DNA of 64,000 bases from Selaginella moellendorffii (taxonomy: Eukaryota; Plantae; Lycopodiophyta), in assembly GCF_000143415.4 (NCBI RefSeq), contig NW_003314261.1, forward strand, positions 2,925,266-2,989,265, written 5' to 3'. Positions 31,129 through 44,351 of the stretch are shown here, piece after piece. Position 1 is the stretch's first letter. Each line of letters begins with the position of its first letter. The notes under the pieces were generated by a model that had not been told where the DNA came from, searched no databases, and saw only the letters and a list, made by a program, of their open reading frames with translations. The translations under genes and the position numbers were made by a program.

Positions 31129-33071
31129 TTATTTGTAGAACTGGTAATGCGAAGCCTTGAGGAGAATGTTTCGAAGCCCACCAGCTGTGGAAGCGATTGT
31201 AAGAAAGAAGCCTACTCCTATGCAAGCCTGAAAAGTTTATAAAATCAAAGGTGGAAAATCTACTTATTCAATTTTACCATGTTCGCTAGCCATGGCAATC
31301 CCAATGTTCTGGGCTTGCGAAGAATTTGCCAGATGATACAAGGTAGCTGCAACCAAGAAGAACATCTCTTTGTAAATAGCAATTTCCTCAAGTTCAAAAG
31401 TACCAGGAATGTTGTTGGGACGAAGGCTATTCCCCCAACAAAAGCGAGCAAATCGTCAAAGAAAGGAAATGTCACAGCAAGAAAGCATGTAAATGCTGCA
31501 AAAAAATATTTTTTTTTAAAAAAAAACCTTCAGATTTGAAGCTAAGAAGAAGTTACTTACCAACGTAAATTGATCGAACAAGTAATCTAAGATTGATCCC
31601 TCCATTAACCTTCCACAGGTTTGTGAGAAGCATTTCCACATTGTCAAACAGCGGCATTGCGAAGATCTGAAAATCCAAAACTATGAAAACCAAGAAGTTC
31701 GATCTTTAAGAAAAGAAATGGCTAACCTGAAAGCCACCACACATATGCGTCACCACCATTGCATTTCCTAGTGCGACGAGCCAAACAGGCTTGTCCAGAA
31801 TCTCAAGGACGTGCATGTCATGGTTCTTTTGATTCCCAAAAACGTAATACCCGACCAGGGCATTTGGGAAATAACACAAGATGGTCATCGTGTAGGCCAG
31901 GAGAGCTCCATTCCAGGCCGAGATCTTGGAGGGTCTCTCAATGGTGGAAGGAATAGTGGCCTGGATCTCAAGAACGATATTGTGTCCCGCAAATGCAAAC
32001 GAGATCTGGCCCAGCGAGCTAAACACCCTGAAAATAACATCCGCAGTAGAAGTTGCTTTTGGAAATTCATAGCTGACTGTGGGGCTTCGTTCACGCATTA
32101 AGGTGGCGACCCAAGCAATTGTGGAGTAGCTGTTCTTGCATGATAAAATCAAAATCAAGAGAAAAGTTGACAAAAAACTTTGAAATCTACGTACCCGAGA
32201 GACATGAAAGCGGCAATAATCGAAACCCAGGTGATGGAGGTGAAATGTGGAAGCTGCGAGAGGAGAAGCTGGACTGATGCAAACGCCATGATGCAATATC
32301 GCAGCTCCCAGTTACATGAAGAGTCTTGAATTGGGCAACCATAGAGAAGGCTGTGGATCTTCCGGATGGATTTTCCAGCGGTGAGGAGGTAGACGGTGTC
32401 GACACCGATCTCGACGAGCATTTGCATGGGTACCACAATCCAGAGCCCGAGCTTCTTTCCGAAAGCCCTCTGGCCCAGCTCATGGTATCTGTCCATGCGT
32501 TTCCCATCGAGCTCGTGGAGCTCGATCATTTGCCACATTGTGCTGAGACTTATGACGCCGATAACGCACAGCACGAAAATCCCTGGAGCCCTGGAAAACC
32601 AAGGAGGTCTTTGTTAAATGGCACTAAATAGTATTCACAAGTAAAAATATGTTACCAGCTTAAGTCGACCATAGCTGCGTGGAGCGAAAGAACTCCAGCT
32701 CCAATCACGGCAGTGATGTTGTGGACCGCCGCATACCACCATTTGGAGGTCCAGGAATCGTTGATCGATAGCCATGACCGCCACACTTCCTGCCACAAAC
32801 CACAGCCAATCTCTCACACAAACTTGGAGAAAAACTAGAACAACAGGCATCTCTAACAAAGACGAAGAACAATCACTTGCCTGGAAACAGGGACGTGAAG
32901 GGCTAACTGGGATCGAGTCCGTGCTAAACCCAACTTCCCTCTGGCATTTGGCATTGAAGACCAGAAGTGAGAAAAACAAGAGAGAAATTTGGGGACAAGG
33001 ACCTTCAAGAGATCGTTGGTGCTACTCCCATTTTCTATTGACAAGGCGGCGCCGTCGAGAGGGTCCTCCAT
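31129..33071 (-). CDS. LHT: Lysine/histidine transporter-like amino acid permease (AAAP family), multi-exon
   Basis: Motifs KWWYAAVHNITAVIGAGVLSL, DRYHELGQRAFG.KLGLWIVVP, AFAGHNIVLEIQATIPST, TFPFFDDLLAFVGG and terminal HYQFYK. Confidence 0.93.
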
Positions 33072-33403
33072 AGCCAAGCGGCAGTGTCGATACTTCCTAG
33101 CGAAGGAAGGGCGGAGACCATTTTCTTTCACCTAGAGTCGGCAAAGAGAAAATTCCACGCTTAAAATCCATATTCTATCATGAAGCCTATTTCTTTCTCC
33201 GGATTCATCGAAAGATTGTTTGACTCCCTCCCGTGAACATCCAGAGTTTTCTTATACGCGGCACATCATCCTTGACTTCCACAGTATTTTGTCGACACTG
33301 CACTATTGCTTATCATTGGTATAGATTCCTTGAAACATAAAAGAAGAAAAAGAAGAAAAATCATTTACCATTTTGTTCCAGGAAACTTTGAAGATCAAGC
33401 AGT

Positions 33404-35377
33404 TCACCACCTTCGCCTGTTGTGATCTCCTTGGTTCCGTCCGGGAGCTTGACGCTTGTTCTCATTCGGGAAGAAACTCTTAGTGGCAATATAACGGGGC
33501 CTTGGATTGTTCCATCCCGGCGGAGGAGGGCAGTTCGGCTCCACTGGTCTTCGCAGCATATAGAGCTCCTCTTTCGAGTAGCGTACCACATGATACCCTT
33601 TCTTCTCGCTTGAGACAATGGCCTGCTTGAGAAGCTTGATCATGTTCCACTTCCATCCAGCGGGATCAACTGGAAACCCAAAGATCCGGAGGAAAACATC
33701 GTATGCCTTGACGCTGTAGATGTCCTTGATGGTCTGGAGAAGCTGCGAGCTCATCTCGCCCGATGGGAACCCGTACCTCTGGTCGAAGTTCGTTGATCTC
33801 GTCATACGGAAGAAGCAAATCTGGAACATCACCAGCCTGAGGCCGTCGGCATTTGCCTCAAACGTGTGCTGGAGACGGACCTCCGAGGGGAAGTTGTCCG
33901 GCTCCACGTACGCGAGGTATGGCTTCTTCTGCAGGGCCCAGAGGGTGTTCCTGGTGAGAATCTCGCCCAAGAACAGCCCGCATACTTTGTCCCACTCCAC
34001 GGCATTGGGAGCTACCAGCAAATACGTTAAGAACTCGCCCAGGTCGGGGACGTGATCCTTGCCGCGACACTCGATATTGGAGATGAACGCGTCAACCTTG
34101 CGCTGAATTTCCCGTCTCAGGTAATGGTGCTCCCGCACCAGCTTGGAGAAGAGGTGGAACAGCAGGCAGTAGCCTTGTAGTGCCTTCTCCGAAGCGTGGA
34201 CAACTGTGTGGTTGCTGAGCTCGCTCTTCTGCCGATCGCAAGACTGGACGAGCGTGAAAACCATGGTGTTCATCAGCGCAGGCAGCGTCTGGAGAACCAC
34301 CGAAATTGGCGCTGCCGAGGCCGTCGGTTTCCTGGGAAAGCTGAGAGCAAGGCTCTTGAGCGAGTCGTCTATCAGCGGTCTGGCACGCTGGAAGTGATCC
34401 TCGTCCAGAACCAGCGGGAGGAAGTAATCAAAATCCTCGCCCGTGATGCCCTTCCTCACGCCATGGCTCTTAAACGCCTCGTATGACAAGAGATCAACCG
34501 CTGCCACAAAGGGCTTTCCACCGCCGGCCGGGCACGACACTCCAATCCCCAGGACCGTGTCGCTCTCCTTGAAAGTCTTGCGCAGAAAGAAGCAAACCAG
34601 CTGCCGGCGCAGCAGCAAGTTCTCCGAGTTGATGAGCTCTTTCACGCCGCTGTAGACCCGAGTCAGCCGTATGGCATCCTGGTCTGAGAGCCTGTCCACG
34701 ATCTCGAGGCAGCAATCAGCGTCCAGCCTCTCGAAAAGGTTGGGACTCTCCACCAGAGAGAGATGATCATCAAACTCACCTTCAATCATAGCCGGACTAG
34801 TGACAGAAGTCGACTCTGGAGCGCTCTTCACACCAGGAAAAGCAACGTTGAATCCACAGTTAGCACACGAGTAGCGCTTCACCCAATCCAATGGATCCAA
34901 GGGGTCAAAGCTATGTTCCCTTTGGGAATAGCTCTCCAGCTCCACTGCCTTGCCACCATAGTCCTGCTGCACAAACTTGCTACTAAAGAAGCTGAGAAGC
35001 TGGAGAAAGAGGTACTTGAGCAAGTAGCCCGGGGTGTAACCGCCATTGTAGATTTGCCAATGACCGCCCTGAGGATTGTAGTCATACCTCGTGGAAACCG
35101 GCTTGAGGATGTCGCAGCAGATGAAGGAGCCGAAGACGTTGGGGTGTCGGACGGGCGTCTGGATGGTAACCTGCGGAGGGCCGTGAGGATAGTCAGCTGG
35201 TATGCGGACGTCGAGGTGGAGGTTGACGCCCGCGTAGGGGCCGCTGAGCGGCGAGAGGACGAGGCACATATGGTCGAGCTGGTCGGCATAGGTGCAAACC
35301 TGGATGCCCTGGAGCGGCTCCTTGGTCAGCTCCGTGAGGTCGCGCTGGACTCGGACTTGCCATGACTTGGTGCTCAT
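33404..35377 (-). CDS. Large intronless protein: ubiquitin-conjugating (E2) domain, F-box-like segment and long uncharacterised C-terminal region
   Basis: UBC motifs RVQRDLTEL, GPYAG, IPADYPHGPPQV, HPNV and active-site region ICCDIL; F-box-like FERLDADCCLEIVDRLSDQDAIRL. First true ATG at 35377, but the frame is open to 35497, so an upstream exon is possible. Confidence 0.85.
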   Translation of the reverse strand: MSTKSWQVRVQRDLTELTKEPLQGIQVCTYADQLDHMCLVLSPLSGPYAGVNLHLDVRIPADYPHGPPQVTIQTPVRHPNVFGSFICCDILKPVSTRYDYNPQGGHWQIYNGGYTPGYLLKYLFLQLLSFFSSKFVQQDYGGKAVELESYSQREHSFDPLDPLDWVKRYSCANCGFNVAFPGVKSAPESTSVTSPAMIEGEFDDHLSLVESPNLFERLDADCCLEIVDRLSDQDAIRLTRVYSGVKELINSENLLLRRQLVCFFLRKTFKESDTVLGIGVSCPAGGGKPFVAAVDLLSYEAFKSHGVRKGITGEDFDYFLPLVLDEDHFQRARPLIDDSLKSLALSFPRKPTASAAPISVVLQTLPALMNTMVFTLVQSCDRQKSELSNHTVVHASEKALQGYCLLFHLFSKLVREHHYLRREIQRKVDAFISNIECRGKDHVPDLGEFLTYLLVAPNAVEWDKVCGLFLGEILTRNTLWALQKKPYLAYVEPDNFPSEVRLQHTFEANADGLRLVMFQICFFRMTRSTNFDQRYGFPSGEMSSQLLQTIKDIYSVKAYDVFLRIFGFPVDPAGWKWNMIKLLKQAIVSSEKKGYHVVRYSKEELYMLRRPVEPNCPPPPGWNNPRPRYIATKSFFPNENKRQAPGRNQGDHNRRRW

Positions 35378-35732
35378 TGAAACCCGGCTACATCCTTGGC
35401 CCCGCCGGCTTAAGTATCCAGGATTTCCCTGTCCTCCAAGGATGCAATGTTCTATCTTTAAGTTAGCACGATCCAATTTGGATTTTAATTGCTGCAAAAA
35501 GTTTTAGAAGAATGACCAGAAGTTGCCCAGCAAGAGAGGAGTTTTGAAAGAAAACAAAAATTATTTGTTCGCTCAAACATAATGCAAGTCAACATAGTCA
35601 ATGCAAAAGTTCAAGACTGTTGACTTAGTACCTTGATGATTCTCATCCGGAATGTGGGAGGGCATTCTGGTCCGGAATGGCGAGCATGTGTGATAGCCGT
35701 GGAGGGCATTCCACCAATCGCTACACACGGGG

Positions 35733-37749
35733 ATGATTTTGAGTTCTTCAGGATTGCCGCCGCCATGGCAGCAGCCGGCGATCTCCTGCCGGCATTGCTC
35801 GATCGTGTGCGGCGCTTCCTCGTCTCTCGCAGGTCCAGGCCCGGAGAAGAAGGAAGTGGTGCTGATTGGAGGGACTGGCCGCGTCGGGAGCTCCACAGCG
35901 CGAGCGCTTGCAAGGGTGTGGCCGGATCTCCAGCTCGTTCTCGCTGGACGAAACAGGTATGGATCGGTGATATTGAGGGGCTAGGAATGTGGATTGCCAA
36001 TGCCAGGGAGAGAGGAGAGGGAATAGCGTCCGAGATTGGGGCTGGAACGAAATTTCGAGCTGTGGATATAGAGGATTTAAACTCGGTGGCACAAGCTATA
36101 GAAGGTGAGAGTTTTTTCTTGTTTTGCTTTTGGTCGTTTGTGTGTTTGTGTGTTTGTGTAATTTTTCTCTGAGCTAAATGACTTTGATCCAGGTGCGAAG
36201 CTGGTGATCCATTCCGCTGGGCCATTTCAACGCAAAAATCGTTGCACAGTATTGGAGGCCGCCATCGAGACAAAGGTAAGAAAGCGTCCATAGAACTTTG
36301 GAGACATATTTACGTGTGTGCTATTATCCAGGTTCCATATATTGATGTCTGCGATGATCTAACTCACGCTCAACTTGCAAAGTCCCTTCACAACAAGGCA
36401 GTAGAAGCTGGCGTTCCTGCGATTATCACCACGGGGCTATATCCTGGAGTGAGCAACAGTTCGTTCAGAGAATCTCACATTCCATATGCAAGCATCTAAT
36501 TGTCTCGCTAAGTTTGGATTTACTGCAGTTATGGCCGCTGAGCTTGTTCGGCTTGCTAGAGAGAGTTCGGCTGGAAGCAGACCTCGAGAGCTAAGGTAAA
36601 AAGCTTGGCTCAAAACATTAGAATAAGATAATGCTGCTGAGTTACACTGAACTAAAAACAGGCTGCCAGGTTCTCTTACTTCACCGCGGGATCTGGTGGT
36701 GTTGGTCCTACGATTCTTGCAACAAGTTTCTTACTGCTCAGCGAGCAAGTCTTAACGTATAGCAAAGGTTATGTTCTCGTACTGTTGCTTCCAGCATCTC
36801 AAAGTTGTCTTTGAATGCACAGGAAAAGTTGTAAAGCTGGACCCGTTTAGTGGGGAGAGGATAGTAGATTTTGGGAAAGCGGTCGGCAAACGTTCCGTAT
36901 TCTTGATGTAAGTCCATGCAAACAACTTGTGCTTTTGACAGCTTTGTTTTTGCTAGCCAGAAACCTTCCTGAAGTCGTGACAGCGTTTGAGAATTTGAAA
37001 GTTCCTACCATAACTGCTCGCTTCGGTACCGCTCCCTTCTTCTGGAACTGGATTATGGGCGCGATTGCAGGACGGGTATTGAGAACTTAATGTATGGCCT
37101 TTCTTTTAGTTCTACTGAGAAAGTATGCAGGATTTTCTGAAAGATGATTCCAAAGTACAATCCCTGGCTAAGATTTCAGCTTTTGCAGTACGAATAATTG
37201 ATCGTTTAGTTGGAGCAAAAGTCTCAATGCGGGTAAAGTTCTAACTTCCCGGACATTATCCTGTAAGTTTGACGGCAAGACATGCAGGTAGACTTGAGCT
37301 GCACGGATGGGAAACGAGCTGTTGGACTGTATACTCATCGCAATCTATCCGTGTAAGCAACATTTCCCTCTCCTTACTTTTCTCTCAATTCCATGCTGTT
37401 TCATTTTCAGATGCGTTGGTTCGGCTACTGCAGCCTTCGCAGCACCAGTTTTACAAGGCAAAACTCGACCTGGAGTCTGGTTCCCTGAACAGGCAATATC
37501 CTTTGCTCATTTCTCTTTTGTATTCTATCACTAGACAGCTTTTCATTCAGGACGAGGCCATTCCTTTTCAGTATCGAGGACAACTCCTCCAGCAGGCGTC
37601 AAAAGGAACATCGAGTTTCGTGATGAACAGGTAAGCTATCAGAACGAGAAAATGAGCTTTCTCGTGCTGATGTTACATCGCTGTGCAGGTCACCTTGGAT
37701 GGTGGAGGGAGATCCTAAAGAGATAGGCTTCGGCATATATCTCGAATGA
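35733..37749 (+). CDS. Saccharopine dehydrogenase-like NAD(P)-binding oxidoreductase, copy 1 (probably plastid-targeted)
   Basis: Rossmann motif VVLIGGTGRVG, HSAGPFQ, YIDVCDD, GLYPGVSN, FGTAPFFWNW, PGVWFPE and C-terminal KEIGFGIY; many short introns. Confidence 0.9.
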
Positions 37750-37883
37750 GACGTCTGAATCTCGTGTTACACATTATTCGGCTCCACAAAGCATTTCAGC
37801 TCACAATTGTTGTTCGAAGATAGTGACGTTGATGTCTCACTCCTTACATGAGGAGCCCCGGGACTTCGTGTTAGCAAAGGAAA

Positions 37884-39760
37884 ATGGCAGCTTTTCAGCG
37901 ACAAGTTTCTCGGTTTGGATTGCCAACGATTTCATCGACAATCTCGAAAAGTTCTGCCCAACTTACAGACACTAAGAGCAAGAGAGTGGTGTTGATAGGA
38001 GGCACCGGGCGTGTTGGGAGCTCCATTGCTCGCTCGCTGGCCAAGACTTCTCCGAAACTCAGCCTTGTCCTTGCTGGAAGGAACAGGTACGTGTCTAAAA
38101 TTGAAGCTCGAGCGAGCTCGTTGAAAAATGAACTTTCAGGGAGAAGGGCGAAGGACTAGCGTCCGAGATTGGAGTTGGAACAACGTTTCAGAGTGTGGAC
38201 ATCGATGATTTCGAGTCGATAACAAGCGCTCTTGATGGTAGTACTATGGTGCACTTTTCGTGTGTGTTTCACGTCGTTCAGGTGCTGATCTGGTAATTCA
38301 TTCGGCTGGCCCCTTCCAATCCCGGAAGCGCTGCACTGTTTTAGAAGCTGCAATCGAGAAGAAGGTGAGGCAAGTGGAACAAACTCTTGAGCTCATTTTG
38401 TGTTGCGCAGATTTCATATATTGATATCTGCGATGATTTATCCCACGCTCGGCTCGCCAAATCCTTTCACGACAAAGCAGTCGAAGCTGGTGTTTCGGCA
38501 ATCGTCATGTCTGGACTTTGTCCGGGAGTGAGCAATAGTACACTGCAAGTTTTTCTCAGATGGTTGCTCACATGCTCCTCTTGCAGTAATGGCAGCAGAG
38601 CTTGTTCGGATGGCTCAAGAAAATGCGAGCAAACCAGAAGAACTGAAGTATGTTCATTTTGTTTCTTCTTCCTTGACTTCGATCACGTGCAGATTTTCTT
38701 ACTTTATTGCAGGGTCCGGCGGCGCGGGTCCGACTGTTTTAGCCACAAGTCTTCTGCTTTTAAACCAAAATGTGTCAGTTTACAGTCAAGGTAGTCAACC
38801 TGCTTGATTTTCAGACTGCAAAACATTTTTAAGCAGGAAAGCTGTTGAAGCTAAAGCCATACACTGATGAGACAAAAGTGGATTTTGGAGATGGAGTTGG
38901 CAAACGTTCTGTATTTTGCATGTAAGTCTGCATCTCTATCGTGCAAAACTTTCTGAAGAAGAACGAATTTCTACTTTTTTTATTTCTTCTCAGAAATCTT
39001 CCCGAAGTTACTACGGCTCATGAGATTCTAAACATTCCAAACGTAACAGCGAAATTTGGTACCGCTCCCTTCTTCTGGAACTGGCTAATGAGCCAAATTG
39101 CGGGAATGGTGAGCACTCTTTCTTCACGAATATGTTATTTCTTTTTTACCAGGAATTTCTCGAAGACTACTCCAAAGTGGAGAGCTTTGCAAGATTGTCC
39201 GATCCAGCAGTCAGAGCCATTGATGTTCTTGTGGGAGGAAAGGTTTCGATGCGAGTAAGAAAGACGTGGCTGCTTTTATTCATTATATCTTGGATCTCAA
39301 GCTTGCTTCTTTGGTCTACCCGTCACAGGTGGACTTGGATTGCAAAGACGGCACGAGATCTACTGGACTATACACGCATCCAGATCTTTCAGTGTTAAGT
39401 AACGTTCCGCATTTGCGCGATCTAAGAACTCATTTAAGCTTCTGGAAAATCTCCAGGTGCGCAGGAGCAGCAACGGCAGCGTTTGTAGTTCCCATCTTGC
39501 AAGGCAAAACACTGCCTGGAGTCTGGTTTCCCGAGCAAGTAAGTAGGGGTGTGCTTGCACAGTGAAAAGCTCAAGAAAAGTTTGTCTGGCAGAGAGAAGG
39601 GATCCCCATAGAATGCAGGGAAGGCCTTTTGGAGAAGGCATCCACAGGGACGTCAAGATATGCAATGATAGTAAGCTATTATCATTTACATTGAAGGTTT
39701 CGTGATTCTAAAAGGCTAATCAAAGCGATACACCATAGCAAAGAGTGGATGGAAATTTAA
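37884..39760 (+). CDS. Saccharopine dehydrogenase-like oxidoreductase, tandem copy 2
   Basis: Same exon series and motifs as copy 1. The last exon is divergent, so the 3' coordinate is approximate. Confidence 0.82.
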
Positions 39761-39821
39761 CATCAATCACATTCAACATCTATCATTGAATGGACGCTTT
39801 TGCAAAGTAGGCAATCTCAAG

Positions 39822-41865
39822 CTAAGTTGTGGAGGTCGTAGCTCCGTCCTTGGGATCTGGACTGAGCCTCTTGAATTCCTCCATAGCTTCCTGATACTTT
39901 AGCTTCTCAACGCCTGCTTGATTGACGTAAGGCTGCTTCTCCTCGGCGCCCATCTCCTGCCACAATCAAAGAAGTGAGTTCTTGCCTGAATGAATTCAAA
40001 GCTCTTTTCCAACTTACGTTCCATTTGCTCGCAACGAGCGCAGTGAGCTCTGCGAACTTCGCTGTTGGCATCTCGGCCTGTAACTTCTTCCGGTATTCCA
40101 TTCTAAATGTGAAGGTTTGAGACGTGGAACTACAACACAAAATTCTCTTACCCAAACAGGATGTAAGCCGTCGCCGCCTTCTTCGGTTTTCCTGGCTCGG
40201 CTGTCTTGGCTTTAGCTTTGCGTGGTGCTTTCTCCGCTTTCATTGCCTGCAGAGATTACTTAACTATATCAACACGCAGAGAGGAAGAGAAACAGAACCT
40301 TCTTAACTTCGTCTTCCTTCTCTTTCTGCTTCAGCAGCTCCAAACCACAGACCTTGTCTCTTTTCGCCTTCTCTTTCAGAGCTTGCTCTGCGACAACTTC
40401 CTCCTGGAGTCAAAGGAGGTTCAAGTTCTAGAAAGCATGAGCAAAACGTGCCTTACCTGGGCTTTTTTCTTATTGTAAGCCTCCATTTCAGTGAGGTATG
40501 TAGCCTTTGCGTCAGTAGCAATCTAGAGAAAAACACAGGAAGGTTTAACTGGAATGGTGAAAGCGAAGTACCTTCTCATAAGGTGCACGTGCTTTTTCAT
40601 CCATGCTTCGCCATTCTTCGCCAAGTATTTTTCCTATCTGTGAAACATGATAATAAATCGACAAGACCAGCAGAACAAAAAATGTGCTGACCTGTGGGAC
40701 CTTGAGATTCTCATTCATCAAAGCGGGCCTTCGTTCCTCTGAGTAAGCCATGTAGCCAGTCGTGGGCCTTTTTGGCTTTTCCGGGTCCTTCTCCTTCCTG
40801 AAAGAGCAGTATAAGAGCGAATTTTGTGCATCGAACTAAGACAAGTTACTTTTTTGGTTTCGCCTGGGCTTGGATTTCCTGAAACAATCAAGAACAAACA
40901 ATGTTATCCATCAGCTAAAGAACAAACCACTAGATATCAAACCTTTTTATATTCCATAAATTGGTCCAGAATTTCCTTCGAAAGCTTTCTGTTTTTCTCG
41001 TCTTGTAGAAGCTTAAGTGCCTCGGCTTCTCTCTTCTCCTTGCCGACAAGCTGCTTATAGAAAGTACTGGTTAGAATCTAAGACTTGGATTAAGATATAC
41101 CACCTTCAGGTACTCTTCTTTGTTCTTCTGGTAAATCTCTTCGTATGGCTTCTTCTCCTCCTCCGAAACAGATTTCCAGAGCTCGCCAAAAATGGAGCTC
41201 AGCTCTTTAATACCAGCGTTGGGATTTTGCGCGCGCACCTGAGACCAAAGCATCAGCGGATGGAATTTCACCCGAAAATATTGCTTCCAAACCTTCTCAC
41301 GCTGATCGTTACACCAAAGAAAGTACGAACTAAGAGGCTTTTTAATTCTCTCGGGGTCATTTTTCTTCTTCTTTCCCTTCGAATCGTCGGAGGACTCGTC
41401 TGGCAAAGGGATGCTCTACAAAAGCGACGGGGCTGAAGTTAGAACGATGGCAAAAAAGAATCAAACGGAAAAAAAAAAAAAAAAAAAGCAAACCAAACTT
41501 ACAAGATTTGGCTGGAACTCCTTGACCTTCTCGAGCTTCCTAATCTTCTCCTGGAGCTTCTCATGCTCCTTGCTTTGCATCGCGATGCGATCGTGCTGCT
41601 CCTTGATCTTGGCGCCCTGCTCCAGGACGAGTTTCTGGACTTCCTCCTTCTCAAGCCTCATCTTGTTGAGCTTCTGGGTCATCGTCTCCAGCTCCTCCTC
41701 CCAGTTCCTGGCACTCTTAAGCCCCTTTCCAGCCGCCCTCATGGGCGGAGACACCGGCACTGGAGCCCCAGCTCCCTCGGCCACATTTTCCTTGTTGGAC
41801 TCCATCGCCGGAGCTGGAGCTTGGGCGGCTGCCGCTGCTGCCGCGGCTTTCCTGCGGGTAGGCAT
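39822..41865 (-). CDS. 3xHMG-box protein (plant-specific chromosome-associated HMG protein)
   Basis: N-terminal coiled coil ending KEFQPNL, then three HMG boxes (KKPLSSYFLW; PKRPTTGYMAY; PKKAATAYILF) across short introns. Confidence 0.9.
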
Positions 41866-41945
41866 CTCTCCTGCGCGGCACAGGCACAGATTTTTACACC
41901 GATGTGAAAATGGGAAAGGGAACACCTGGGAGAACTATCGGGCAG

Positions 41946-42050
41946 AACGGTCCTTACCTAAGATCAAACGCCGCAAGAATGGATCCCGCCGCTCGCACGC
42001 CGCTTTCTTCCACCAAGGGTTTTATGGTTCTTTGGGCTGGATATAAACGG
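41946..42050. promoter_or_regulatory. Two AACGG cores, candidate MSA (G2/M, MYB3R) elements upstream of the 3xHMG-box gene
   Basis: AACGGTC at 41946 and 42046. The motif is short; it is supported only by the known mitotic expression of this gene family. Confidence 0.3.
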
Positions 42051-43164
42051 TCAGATCCTTTTCCCGGTAAAACCGAGCATTTCAAAAACAGTATAGTTTA
42101 CTTTATAGTTTGGGCGGTAAATTTGAACTACAGCCAAGAATTTTTCTGCCAAAGCCTTCTTACTTAAACTCTTAAACTCTTTCAGGAATAAAATTTTTCA
42201 TTCATCACACAAGATTTACTGATAGAGATTTGTTGATGAAATTTTTGTGTTTACCACCAAAAATTGCAAGTGGTGACATGACTATTTAACAAAACTAATG
42301 TGTCCAACTTCAAATGTCTGTCCAAAATTAGCAAATTCACTAAAATGACTTATCTTTTTCTATGTACTAAATGTGAAGAAGTGGTTCAATTTAATGTTAT
42401 ATAATAACCCTTAGTATATTGTAAGTTTCTCTTATTGTTTATGATGCAAATTTCTCATATTATTCAGAATAAATTACTACACCTAAACATGTTTATAGAT
42501 TATAAATACAAGATTAATCTAAATGAATAACAACCGTTAGATAGTATAATATTTTAAGTATATCCATTGCTTAAGCAAACTAACTAAATACAACTTACCA
42601 TCATGAAACCAATGACATTGATAAAAAATAAAGTTTAATTAGTTCAGTATAACTTTGTAGATAACTTCTAGAGCTTAGCCTACTTATTAGAACTTCAAAC
42701 AAAAATTTCTATCTATCTATCTATTTTTTAGTAGTCTTGTGATGCTTAACAACAAATATAAAACTTTAAATAAGTTTGGAAGTTTATTGTGAGGGTCTTC
42801 TAATTCCCTCAATTATATATCTTGGCTTATCTAATAAAAGCCCTTGGAATGAATGTGAACTAAGATAAAATATTCAACATGTAATAGATGTCGAATTGTA
42901 GAAAATGCAATACACTAAAGAATTCCAATTTGTGTAAGAAAAGCGTACCTAAATAGGATAACCCAAATAACAGAGAATCCTAATATAAACTTCTCTAACT
43001 AAAATCATTATCACTTCTGCAAATACCAATTTCTCATAAAGAAAAAAAGAAATTTAAACAAAAGGGAAAAAACACAAGAAGTTATGAAAATCACTTGGAA
43101 GGATTTGGATATAAGATGTCATTTATAAATAATGGGAATAAGAAAAGAAAATAAACTTTAAACT

Positions 43165-44270
43165 TGTAGTACATGTGGTTTTACCATTTATCTTATGGTA
43201 ATTTACTATATGATAATCATGAAATAGAACCTAACCCTTCATGTGCCACATGTTATATGCCACATGCCATATGCCATATATCCAAAGGATAATGATGCAG
43301 AATAAGTTTCAAAGCCTTGGGCCACTTAACGAAAGAATAGAGCCAAACTCCTAAATATGTAGCCAAAGAGTGAAGGAACTAAAACATAGAGTGACTCCTA
43401 AATGTTTAACCCAAGGAACGAAAGGACAAAAGTATGGAGCAACTTAGAACAGTCCTAGAGTATCCAACATCTCAATGCTAGGATCAACACGTAAAAGGAG
43501 CCAAATGGAGTTTGGCACTATTTTAGTATACCAATGGCATAATATGAGGATATGGGTATTCCACCAACTAATATGGTATGAAACTGAAGCATGAATATGG
43601 GTATATGGGTATTTTGCATCCAACCTGAGTTCGAGATGGAGCCCGAGTCTGACTCTGACATGGTGCATACGGGGAGGAGCCCAGCAGCCCGCACATGCAC
43701 TAGAACTCCAGCTAGGGATGTGGAGCCGAGCACCCAAGGTAGACCCAAGTTGGATGCAGAGCAAAGACAGACATGCAAGTCGAAACTAGATTATGCCTCA
43801 GATTGGTCAACCATGCTCAACATTCCCACTATCTCTATTATACATTTGGAACCCCCCATATCCCCCCCCCCCTTAAAGAACACATGCTTTGGGCTTTCAC
43901 CCCAAGCCTCCTTTAATACCAAGAGTTAGTCTTTGAAACAAGTTTGAAATTTATTAAATATGGAATGTTCCTAAATTGTAAATTTGGACATTTGGAATTA
44001 TATTCAAGATAATCTCTACATTCCATAAATATGCCAAATGAGCAAATCTAAACACTTTTTATAAATACAATTAGAAATATATAGGAGTTTCTACCTTATA
44101 TCCATTTATCTAAGTATAGGTGCTAAGTCTAATTTACTAACATTTGAATAAGAAGGGCTAATAACTGGAACTAGCAATACTGAACTCTTGTTGTTGTGGC
44201 AGTAAAGAAAGAATATCCAAAAGGACTAACCAACAAGTAATTTTCGATACCCGAAGTCACATTTATGACA
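43165..44270 (-). mobile_element. Old solo LTR, family B
   Basis: Diverged reverse complement of the family-B LTR with TG...CA ends and near-TSD aaact/aaacc. Confidence 0.85.
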
Positions 44271-44351
44271 AAACCTCAAAATCTCTCAAAATGAATATAT
44301 TTTGATAAAAATCTTTTAAATTTGGCCACCAATTTAAATGTGGATAGACTC

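Noticed and set aside
29563-35365. Numerous antisense and alternative-frame ORFs over the PPR, LHT and UBC genes
   Set aside because: They are shadow ORFs of GC-rich coding sequence.
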